The translations under genes and the position numbers were made by a program. Shown in pieces: positions 1-7,819 of a DNA stretch of 40,447 nt (positions are counted from its first letter, which is position 1; each line of letters starts with the position of its first letter). The DNA comes from Desulfonatronovibrionaceae bacterium. Its GTDB lineage: Bacteria; Desulfobacterota; Desulfovibrionia; Desulfovibrionales; Desulfonatronovibrionaceae. The notes beneath the pieces are model-generated. The model was given only the letters and a program-made list of their open reading frames with translations, searched no databases and was not told the DNA's origin. The DNA lies in assembly GCA_046539845.1 (NCBI GenBank), contig JBKHGE010000020.1, forward strand, positions 1-40,447. The letters run 5' to 3'.

Positions 1-62
1 GTGTTACTCGACAAAGAATAAATTACAACTGAATAAAAATCGCTCGTTTTAGGTACAGGATA

Positions 63-190
63 TTATAACAAGTCAGCCCAAATGGCAGCCAAGACCAGCG
101 GACTTCTGACAAGCAGGGGAAATTTGAACATTAAACAAATTTAATCAAGGCAGTGGAAGCCCTGGTTGCTCATGGCTTCCAACGCTAGAA
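63..190 (+). mobile_element. Long, degenerate attC-like integron recombination site closing an upstream cassette that lies mostly outside the window
   Basis: R''-like TTATAAC at 63-69. Imperfect internal inverted repeat (AGCCAAGACCAGCGGACTTC vs GAAGCCCTGGTTGCT; central AAATTTG..CAAATTT). R'-like GCTAGAA at 184-190, one mismatch from GTTRRRY. Confidence 0.6.
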
Positions 191-220
191 GCACAAGGAG
201 CCTAAGAGGTAATTGACCAA

Positions 221-1153
221 ATGCCATTATTTGAAATGACCGAAAACAGTCTTTCGCCAGTTGCACAGACAAATTTCTCAGTCGAGAAAGAGCTGCAAGG
301 CTTGATCGAGAAGAATTTAGCAGCAGTGTTTAACTGCCGGTTTGTTGCCTCGGAATTCTCTACTGGCGCCTTGCATGCCGGGCGTATAGATAGCCTTGCA
401 TTATCAGAAGATAATAATCCTGTCATTATCGAATATAAAAAGGTCGAATCGTCCGAGCTTATCAATCAGAGCCTATTCTACTTGCATTGGATTCAAGACC
501 ACAAAGGGGATTTTGAAATCGCAGTTCAACAAGCGCTGGGGAATGGTGTAGAAGTAGACTGGTCTGATGTTCGGGTAATCTGTATAGCCCCGAACTACAA
601 AAAGTACGATCTCCACGCCGTTCAGGTCATGGGAGCAAATATTGAGCTATGGAAATATCGCCTTTTCAAGAATGGTTCGCTCTACCTTGAAGAAGTATTC
701 CAAGCGAATAAGATACCTACATCCGTTCAAAATAATAGTAAAAATCCAGTAATGGTAGAGGCTGGAAGAAAAGCCGCACAGGTACGAGCAACAGCAACAT
801 ATACATTTGATGAACATATTGATGGCAAACCTGACGCCATTCAATCCCTTGTTCACAGCATTCGAGAATTCATTTTTGGTCTTGATCCTGCTGTGGAGGA
901 AGTGCCCAAAAAGTTCTATGTTGCCTACAAAATCTCTCAGAATATTGTTTGTATGGTAACGAAAGGCAAGAATATCAAGCTCTTTGTCAAATTAGGTGCT
1001 AGTGATATTGAATCTCCGCCAGCGTCGTACCGTGACGTTACGAACCTCGGTCATTACGGAACCGGAGATGCTGAATTCACACTCTCGACTGAAAGCGAAT
1101 TTGAACAGGTCAAACCGTTCATTGAACTTGCATACAATAAAGTCGGTGGGTAA
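221..1153 (+). CDS. PD-(D/E)XK (NucS/DUF91-like) endonuclease-fold protein with C-terminal DUF5655-like domain; integron cassette cargo
   Basis: 310 aa. Nuclease motif EKELQ...GRIDSLAL...PVIIEYKK...INQ. C-terminal DVTNLGHYGTGD motif typical of DUF5655 proteins. GAGGT RBS upstream. AT-richer than the neighbouring genes. Confidence 0.75.
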   Translation: MPLFEMTENSLSPVAQTNFSVEKELQGLIEKNLAAVFNCRFVASEFSTGALHAGRIDSLALSEDNNPVIIEYKKVESSELINQSLFYLHWIQDHKGDFEIAVQQALGNGVEVDWSDVRVICIAPNYKKYDLHAVQVMGANIELWKYRLFKNGSLYLEEVFQANKIPTSVQNNSKNPVMVEAGRKAAQVRATATYTFDEHIDGKPDAIQSLVHSIREFIFGLDPAVEEVPKKFYVAYKISQNIVCMVTKGKNIKLFVKLGASDIESPPASYRDVTNLGHYGTGDAEFTLSTESEFEQVKPFIELAYNKVGG

Positions 1154-1154
1154 T

Positions 1155-1218
1155 GCTTCTAACCAATCAGGATTCAACCGACGCTCGTACCTCGGGCGGC
1201 TGATTAGCGGCGTTCGCT
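1155..1218 (+). mobile_element. attC site (59-base-element type)
   Basis: GCTTCTAAC (1155-1163) begins 1 nt after the stop codon. It is followed by ATTCAACCG / CGGCTGAT L''/L'-like arms around GCTCGTACCTCG, then GGC-GTT (GTT at 1212-1214). The reverse complement of GCTTCTAAC matches GCTAGAAGC at 184-192 at 8/9 positions. Confidence 0.8.
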
Positions 1219-1360
1219 CTCGCTTGAAGGTTTGGCATCCCTAAACGATAAATACGTTTAAAAGGGCCTATAACCCCACCCCCAGGGCAAAGCCTGGCAT
1301 CCCGCTCGCAAAACCCAGTAGCAGGGCAATGTTTGATCCCGGACAACGAATTTGCCCCCT

Positions 1361-2548
1361 CTACTCTTCCCTTAGGGCCTCTATGGGGCTCATGTTGGCC
1401 GCCTGCCGGGCCGGATAGAATCCGAAAAAAAGGCCTATGACCACGGAAACCCCCACACCGAGGAATACCGCGGGCAGGGAAACCAGAAAATGCCAGTCGG
1501 ACAGGCGGGAGATCAAATACGAGGCCCCCACTCCCAGGGCAATTCCTATCATCCCGCCCACAAAACACAGTATCAGGGACTCGATCAGAAACTGGGCCTG
1601 GATATCGGCCCGTCTGGCCCCAAGGGCACGGCGAATACCGATCTCCCGCTTGCGTTCGGTAACCGATACCAGCATGACATTCATCACCCCCACTCCACCG
1701 ACGATGAGTGAGATGCTGCCGATGGCCCCTAAGAGGAGGGTGAACATCCGCATCTGTTTCTGCATCCTGTCGATCAGTTCTTCCGCGCTTCTAACGCGGG
1801 TTTTGACCCGGTCATGGTCTTGCAGATATTCTTGGAGCTGGGTCTCGGCCTTTTGCACCTCACCGTCGGAAGCCACCCGGACCGTTATACTCTCGATCTT
1901 CGGAGCCTTCGGAAACCGAAATGAAGTGGACACCGGGATAATGATTCCCTCGTTTATCTGATAGGGGCGCATGGAATTCATGGTCATCTCCTCGGCCACG
2001 CCCACTATCCGGAAATATTCCTTATTAAAAAGGATCCTCTTCCCCAGGGGATCGTTCATCCCGTTCTGGCGCAAAAAGCGGTGCACCTTGGCCCCGATCA
2101 CGCAGAAATACATATTCTTGTCCAGATCAGAGATGAACCGTCCCCGGACAAGATCGATCTTGAACAGCTCCCGGGCCGACTCGGACACTCCCAGAGCGGG
2201 GATATCCAGGTTGTCTCCGGAGTACTGCAGTTTGCCGTAGTGCGAGGTCTGGGGGGTGGAAAGGGTGATCAGGTCGCACTCATAAGGTATATCCATAACG
2301 GTCTGCAGGGAAAACTCGTTTTTGTCCTGCTTGCTGTCCCGGCCCGAGGAAGTAGGTGATGCCTGCAGGATGTCCGTGCCCATTTCCTTAAACTGGCGCA
2401 GGGCCTCATTCTGGACTATGGTCCCGATGGAGACCATAGCGATGACTGAACCGATCCCGATCACGATCCCCAAAAGGGCCAGAATGCTCCTCTGTTTGGC
2501 CCCCAGCAGACTGCGCAGGGCTTCCTTTATATTCTCCCTGATCACCAT
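1361..2548 (-). CDS. MacB/FtsX-family ABC transporter permease
   Basis: RSILALLGIVIGIGSV, a periplasmic domain, and GGVGVMNVMLVSVTERKREIGIRRALGA...QFLIES...PARQAANMSPIEALR. Start placed at ATG 2548 (MVIRENIKEA) instead of the ORF-track 2653, which overlaps the ATPase gene. Confidence 0.92.
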   Translation of the reverse strand: MVIRENIKEALRSLLGAKQRSILALLGIVIGIGSVIAMVSIGTIVQNEALRQFKEMGTDILQASPTSSGRDSKQDKNEFSLQTVMDIPYECDLITLSTPQTSHYGKLQYSGDNLDIPALGVSESARELFKIDLVRGRFISDLDKNMYFCVIGAKVHRFLRQNGMNDPLGKRILFNKEYFRIVGVAEEMTMNSMRPYQINEGIIIPVSTSFRFPKAPKIESITVRVASDGEVQKAETQLQEYLQDHDRVKTRVRSAEELIDRMQKQMRMFTLLLGAIGSISLIVGGVGVMNVMLVSVTERKREIGIRRALGARRADIQAQFLIESLILCFVGGMIGIALGVGASYLISRLSDWHFLVSLPAVFLGVGVSVVIGLFFGFYPARQAANMSPIEALREE

Positions 2549-2604
2549 AGCGGCGCCCCGCAGACAAAGGGTCCTTGACTTATGCGCTCCTGAGTGTGCA
2601 TCGG

Positions 2605-3273
2605 TTACCCCGGGAAAACCCGGCCGTCTTCCATGCGGATCACGCGAGGGCACTCCCGGGCGATCTCCGGATCATGAGTGATTAAGACCACGGTGATCCC
2701 CTGGGTCTGATTCAGATCCCAAAACAAATCGATTATATCCCGGCTGGTCTGCTTGTCCAAGGCACCGGTGGGCTCATCAGCCAGGATCAGAGAGGGTGAT
2801 GCGGCCAGGGCCCGGGCTATGGCCACCCTCTGCTGCTGTCCGCCGGAAAGTTCAGACGGTTTGTGGCCACCCCGGTCGGCCATGCCCACTTTTTCCAGCA
2901 TACGCATGCCGATTTCATCCCTCTGTTTTTTGCCCATCCCCCTATACACCAGGGGCAGACAGACATTGTCCACCGCCCGGAGCTTGGGCAGCAAAAAGAA
3001 CTGCTGAAAGACAAACCCGATCTTGCGGTTGCGGATGCCGGAGAGCTCGGAGTCGGACAAATCACGCATCTCCCGGTCCTCAAATATGTAGCGCCCCTTG
3101 TCCGGAATATCCAAAAAGCCCAGGATATTCATGAGCGTACTTTTTCCGCAACCGGAGGAACCGACTATGCACAAGAGCTCTCCCTTTTCCACCTCCAAGT
3201 CCACGCCCTTGAGGATCTCCACCTGCACCGGCCCCAGGTAAAATGACTTGCTGATATCCACGAGCTTAAGCAT
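2605..3273 (-). CDS. ABC transporter ATP-binding protein (MacB/LolD family)
   Basis: Walker [10 protein letters not shown], signature [15 protein letters not shown], Walker [13 protein letters not shown]-loop ITHD. Start overlaps the upstream gene's stop (TGATG). Confidence 0.95.
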   Translation of the reverse strand: MLKLVDISKSFYLGPVQVEILKGVDLEVEKGELLCIVGSSGCGKSTLMNILGFLDIPDKGRYIFEDREMRDLSDSELSGIRNRKIGFVFQQFFLLPKLRAVDNVCLPLVYRGMGKKQRDEIGMRMLEKVGMADRGGHKPSELSGGQQQRVAIARALAASPSLILADEPTGALDKQTSRDIIDLFWDLNQTQGITVVLITHDPEIARECPRVIRMEDGRVFPG

Positions 3274-5012
3274 CAGGGAACAATCACCTCGTCATCAGGC
3301 TCTAGCCCTTGCTTGATCTCCACCATGCTCATGGTGGTTATTCCCGGCTCGACTTCAACACGCTGCACCTCGCCCTCTTTTTCCCCGGGCACGCGGACAA
3401 AATGCCCCTGGGAAGAAGAAGATACCGCATCTATGGGCACGAGCAGGGCCTTGGGGTTGGAATATACCTCGGCCTGCATATTCGCGGTCATCCCTAGTCG
3501 AATCTTTTCCCTGTCTTTGGAAGAAAGATCAGGGATCACCACCCGGACCGGGAAAGATGTTAGATCCGAGCGTTTGGATACCTCGGCCATAGTGGAGACT
3601 TGGTCGATTACCCCCTCAAAGGTCACCTCGGAGAAGCCCTCGCCTTGGACCTGGACCTTTTGTCCGGATTTAATCTTTTGCACATCCACCTCATCCACTT
3701 CCGCGGAAACGGAAAGCCCCTGCATATTGCCCACGGTGACCAGGATCCCTCCTTCTTTAAAGGAGCTGCCCTTTTCCAGACTGTAATCCTTGTCCTTGTC
3801 CTCCAAGGGGTGCAGAACCACTCCGGATACCGGGGCCTTCACCCGGCTGAGTTCCAGCTTGGCCTTGAGCCGGTCGAATTTCTCCTGGGCATTTTGCAAC
3901 TTGAACTCGGCAACCTTCAACTTGTCCTTGTTGGCCTTGTCCTTTATCGCTTGCATATTCTCCCGGGCATCCGTACGACTCATTTTTGAATTGCGCAGCT
4001 CATCCTTGGCGCTCTGCAGCTGGTTGTCGGAGATTATTCCATTTTCGTGCAGAATCCGGGATTCCTCCAGTTTGCTCTTGGCCCGGCCGAATTTATGCTC
4101 GGCCTGAGAAAGCTGACGCTTGGCCTTGGCGTATTCCGTGCCCTTCTCCCAGTTAACCAATTTTTCGTATGCCTCCTTGGCCTCGATCAGATTGGTGTGC
4201 GCCTGCCGCAGATCCTGCCGGAGCTTTTCCGAATTGAGCAAAAGAAGCGTATCCCCTTTGTCCACCCGTTGTCCGAACTGGACCATTTTTTCCTCAATCC
4301 GGCCCTCGAACGGACAAAGGACATTTACCTTCTCCAATGGCTCCAGCTTACCGGACAGGGAAATCTTGGAGGTGACCGGCCGAACAGTCACGGGCACGGT
4401 CTTAAATCCCTTGTCCGAGGTCTTTTGTGTGTCAGCGGCCTCGAACTGGGCGGATAAATCCGCTTTTTTCCAGGTGTACAGCCCCAGCCCGGAAAAAAGA
4501 AAAACCACCAGGATGAACACAATTATGCGGATGGCCCGGACTTTTTTAAGAGCGGAGCGCAGGCTGAAGTTGGTTTCCTCGAGCTCGGAATACGCCTTGG
4601 TAAGGTCCTGGTTCAGGCGCTTTTGCTCCTCCTGCATCCGCATCTCATTGCTTATATCCGTGAAGACGACGACCACGCCCTTTTTTTCCCCGGATTCGTC
4701 CCGAAGCAGCGAGGATTTCACCTTCAAAACCAGGCTATCACCCTGTCCGCCCGGGACATCCACCACCCGCTCCTGATCCAGCTCCCTTTCCGCAACCGCA
4801 TCCAAAACAGCCTGATTGAAATCGTCACTGCCCTCGATGTCCATCATGAACACCTCGGCAAACTTGCGCCCGGTCACATCCTCGGCCCGAACATCAAAAA
4901 TGCGAGCGGCCGCGGGATTGAAAAGGGTTATCTTGCCTTCAAAGTCCAAGGCCATGGCCCCGTCGCTCAGATTGTTGAGGATATCCCGATAAAAATCGGA
5001 TTGGGTATGCAT
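3273..5012 (-). CDS. Membrane fusion protein (MacA/HlyD-type periplasmic adaptor) with N-terminal PAS domain
   Basis: Residues ~5-120 look like PAS (ILNNLSDGAMALDFEGKITLFNPAAARIF...GVVVVFTDIS). Then a coiled coil, one TM helix (IIVFILVVFLFSGLGLYTW), lipoyl halves (PFEGRIEEKMVQFGQRVDKGD; APVSGVV), a long alpha-hairpin, a beta-barrel (VDEVDVQKIKSGQKV) and C-terminal VEIKQGLEPDDEVI. Confidence 0.88.
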   Translation of the reverse strand: MHTQSDFYRDILNNLSDGAMALDFEGKITLFNPAAARIFDVRAEDVTGRKFAEVFMMDIEGSDDFNQAVLDAVAERELDQERVVDVPGGQGDSLVLKVKSSLLRDESGEKKGVVVVFTDISNEMRMQEEQKRLNQDLTKAYSELEETNFSLRSALKKVRAIRIIVFILVVFLFSGLGLYTWKKADLSAQFEAADTQKTSDKGFKTVPVTVRPVTSKISLSGKLEPLEKVNVLCPFEGRIEEKMVQFGQRVDKGDTLLLLNSEKLRQDLRQAHTNLIEAKEAYEKLVNWEKGTEYAKAKRQLSQAEHKFGRAKSKLEESRILHENGIISDNQLQSAKDELRNSKMSRTDARENMQAIKDKANKDKLKVAEFKLQNAQEKFDRLKAKLELSRVKAPVSGVVLHPLEDKDKDYSLEKGSSFKEGGILVTVGNMQGLSVSAEVDEVDVQKIKSGQKVQVQGEGFSEVTFEGVIDQVSTMAEVSKRSDLTSFPVRVVIPDLSSKDREKIRLGMTANMQAEVYSNPKALLVPIDAVSSSSQGHFVRVPGEKEGEVQRVEVEPGITTMSMVEIKQGLEPDDEVIVP

Positions 5013-5031
5013 ATGTGTCTCCAGAGAGCGG

Positions 5032-6699
5032 CTAATCGATCATCCAGGTCTTGTCTTGCAGATATTTCTTTTCCATGGCTGGTCTGGATTCCTCGAATTC
5101 AATACCGTAGGTATCCAGCATGGTTCCCATGTATTTATCCAGGGAATTGACCGCCTCAATATAAGAAATAATTGCCTCACGCTCGGTTTTCTTGGCCTCG
5201 CTCAAGCGGTCCTGGGAATCCGTGAAATTATTATTAGTGATCCGCCCCAGGCGCAGCTTGAGCTCGTCCATCTCATAGTTCTTCCGGGCGATCTCCCTTG
5301 ATTTGCGGGCCAACTCGACCCGTTTCTCCATGTATCGGACATTGCGCACCATATTTAACACGTCAGTCTTGAGGTCGCTTTGGGCCTCTTTTAACTGAAT
5401 GCGGGCTTTATCTAAAGCTATACGGCTGGAAAGTACTGGCCTCTCATAATCATATTTGACCCCCCCAAAAAACTTCAAAGGGATCCTTAAAGTAAGTCCC
5501 ACATCCCAGCTTCCCTGATTATATTCCTGGTCTGGATCATTATGACTAGTGTTTGTATAACTGCTTTCAAAAGAAAGGTCCCACAATTTATCCCGCTTGG
5601 CCTGCATCAAATCCAGTTTTTTCTTTCGAACCGCGTGCCTTGCCGCGATAATGGCGGTGTTTTTCCTGCGCGCGGTCTTTAGACACCTGTCCACATCCGG
5701 CACATTGGGGCGGAATGAATACTCTTCAGTAGCCATTATCTCTTTATCACTTTTAATACCCAAGGTATTTAAAAGATCCCTTCTGGACTCGTCCAAATTG
5801 TTCACCGCCTGTTCGTAGGACAACTCTTTGCGGGCCACGTTGGCCTCGGCCTGCAAAATTTCGCCCTCCGGCTTGCGTCCATTTTCGACCAAGAGCTTAT
5901 TTATCTTCAACTGCTGCCGGGCGTCCGCCAGGGATTTCTTGTCGCTTTCAAACGCTTTTTGTGCCTTCCACAGGGAGTTGTACGCACCTATAATATTAAC
6001 AATCTCCGCACTTATGTCATCTCTAATCCGTAATACCGCTTCTTGGGACTCCATCTCGGTCTTTTTAAGAGAGGCGGTATTATAGTCTATCCCTGCCCCC
6101 TTAAGGAGTGGTTGGGTAAATTTAACAGAACCTTCTCCCTCATCAGTCCATGCATCCCCACGCGCGGTATTATCATCGCTCCAGTCATAAGCATGGCTTA
6201 GGGTATGCTTGGCAATAATTTCCCCCCCGGTGGGAAGCTCCTGGACCACCTGGGGCGTGGCCGAGGCCGAGCGGGATTCAGTATGCTCATGCGTTGCATC
6301 CTGTTCTTTATAATCCGTATCAGTTCTGGAGGTTTTAATATCCAGTTCCCCCTCGACTGTTATATTCGGATAAAATTTGCGCCGCCTCTCGGCCAGGTCA
6401 AATTTCTCCAGCACCCGGTCCATATAAGTAGTCTTTATCTGCCGGCTGTAGCGCAGACCTATGGAGATGGCCTCCACCAAATTCATTTCCAGGGTGTTGT
6501 TACCGGAATTATCATACTCCCCAGCCCCCTCCTCAGCAAAAGCAGTAGTTTCCGCGGCTAGCGGGGCACACAGGAAAAAAACTGTTAAGAACAAGCCAAA
6601 CAGTTGCCACCCTGTTTTGGAAAATAGTCCAATATTTAATCCGGAAAAAGACATAAGACAATTTACCGAGTGCCAGCGATGAATCAGGCTAATCTTCAA
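5032..6699 (-). CDS. TolC-family outer membrane efflux protein
   Basis: Signal-peptide-like segment (..LCAPLAA), MNLVEAISIGL, FTQPLLKGAG, two repeats of helical barrel plus beta strands. First gene of the TolC-MFP-ABC-permease operon. The true start is uncertain and may be ATG 6654. Confidence 0.85.
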   Translation of the reverse strand: MKISLIHRWHSVNCLMSFSGLNIGLFSKTGWQLFGLFLTVFFLCAPLAAETTAFAEEGAGEYDNSGNNTLEMNLVEAISIGLRYSRQIKTTYMDRVLEKFDLAERRRKFYPNITVEGELDIKTSRTDTDYKEQDATHEHTESRSASATPQVVQELPTGGEIIAKHTLSHAYDWSDDNTARGDAWTDEGEGSVKFTQPLLKGAGIDYNTASLKKTEMESQEAVLRIRDDISAEIVNIIGAYNSLWKAQKAFESDKKSLADARQQLKINKLLVENGRKPEGEILQAEANVARKELSYEQAVNNLDESRRDLLNTLGIKSDKEIMATEEYSFRPNVPDVDRCLKTARRKNTAIIAARHAVRKKKLDLMQAKRDKLWDLSFESSYTNTSHNDPDQEYNQGSWDVGLTLRIPLKFFGGVKYDYERPVLSSRIALDKARIQLKEAQSDLKTDVLNMVRNVRYMEKRVELARKSREIARKNYEMDELKLRLGRITNNNFTDSQDRLSEAKKTEREAIISYIEAVNSLDKYMGTMLDTYGIEFEESRPAMEKKYLQDKTWMID

Positions 6700-6759
6700 T
6701 TTCCTCTAAGAGCGCGAATCCGACTATCCGCTTTGCAGTCACTTCAAACAACAATTTCA

Positions 6760-7194
6760 TCACTTCCTTTTTACCCCCCGCACATAATTGCCCACCGCCT
6801 CCTGCAGGGTGCCGGCGGCCAGAAAGGCGCAATGCTCGTTTTCCTCCGGCAGCCCGCCGATTTTTTCCAGGATCAGTCCTCCGGTAACCGAGGCCGCGTC
6901 TTCCGGGTCCTTTCCCTCGGCCAGTTCACAGGCCAGATCCCCGCAGACAACGCTCGGACCACAGCCATCACTGACAAAAGAGGCCTTCTTGACCCTGTTG
7001 TCCTCAACCTGCAAAAAAATCTCGATACTGTCCCCGCAGCTCCCGGTGAGTCTAGCCCGGGCGTCAGCAAGATCCATTGCCCCGAAATGGGTCGGATTCT
7101 GCCAGCGTCTGGTGGCCTCCGCCCCGAATTCCTGCTCGGTCTCCTTGACTATCCTGTCCTGCAAATCCTGCAAAAAAGCATCCATCTGTTCCAT
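6760..7194 (-). CDS. IscU/NifU-N-like Fe-S cluster scaffold protein
   Basis: NPTHFG, GSCGDSIEIFL, SDGCG and EHCAFLA supply the three conserved cysteines. GGGAG RBS. Confidence 0.88.
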   Translation of the reverse strand: MEQMDAFLQDLQDRIVKETEQEFGAEATRRWQNPTHFGAMDLADARARLTGSCGDSIEIFLQVEDNRVKKASFVSDGCGPSVVCGDLACELAEGKDPEDAASVTGGLILEKIGGLPEENEHCAFLAAGTLQEAVGNYVRGVKRK

Positions 7195-7407
7195 TATTTT
7201 CTCCCTTATATTGGCTCTTATGACTATTAAGAATTATTTCAAAGAGTTGTGCAAGACATCCCTACGAATTCAGGGATCGGGAGTAACAAGACCCACTCGA
7301 TTAGCGCGGAATATATACATTGCCGGGAAAGGTCCAATATCCGCGTACAAAAGAGGCGTCCCTTAAACAGCAGACGCCTTTGAATATCTTTATTGTCCGG
7401 AATCATC

Positions 7408-7770
7408 CTAGGCGAAGATCTCGCTCGGAGCAAACGGGTGGCCGCCCTCAACCACCTCAATCCCGGCCTTGGCCCGGATCTTTTGCACCAGGGTATCCTT
7501 GTACGGGCAGTTGTCCACTATGCACGGCGCGATATGAATTTTTGTCGGTTTTTCCTGCATGGGCGCGTTCCACAATTTCACCTGAGCCAGCCGGGTGACA
7601 ATGGCCGAACCGGGGCAGTCCCCGCAGTTCAAAAGACCCATGAGTTCGGCGTCCTCCCCGTAATCGGCGAATTTTCCCTTGCGGCGGTTAAAGCCCACCA
7701 AACAGCGGGAACAACCGATGCAGACATCATCCATGATCTTTTTGCATCCCACGATCAGGATCTTTTCCAT
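7408..7770 (-). CDS. CGGC-domain protein (putative metal-binding/redox)
   Basis: GC..x..CIGCSRC, LNCGDCPG, HIAPC...CPY, terminal GGH. GGAGG RBS. Confidence 0.85.
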   Translation of the reverse strand: MEKILIVGCKKIMDDVCIGCSRCLVGFNRRKGKFADYGEDAELMGLLNCGDCPGSAIVTRLAQVKLWNAPMQEKPTKIHIAPCIVDNCPYKDTLVQKIRAKAGIEVVEGGHPFAPSEIFA

Positions 7771-7819
7771 AAATGAACACCTCCAGGCTTTCCCCCTCCC
7801 GCTGGAGATCGGGCCGCCA

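Noticed and set aside
2549..2653. Possible frameshifted MacB ATPase-permease fusion
   Set aside because: The ATPase ends normally after its last motif and the permease has its own ATG at 2548. Split MacB systems are common and no slippery site was evident.
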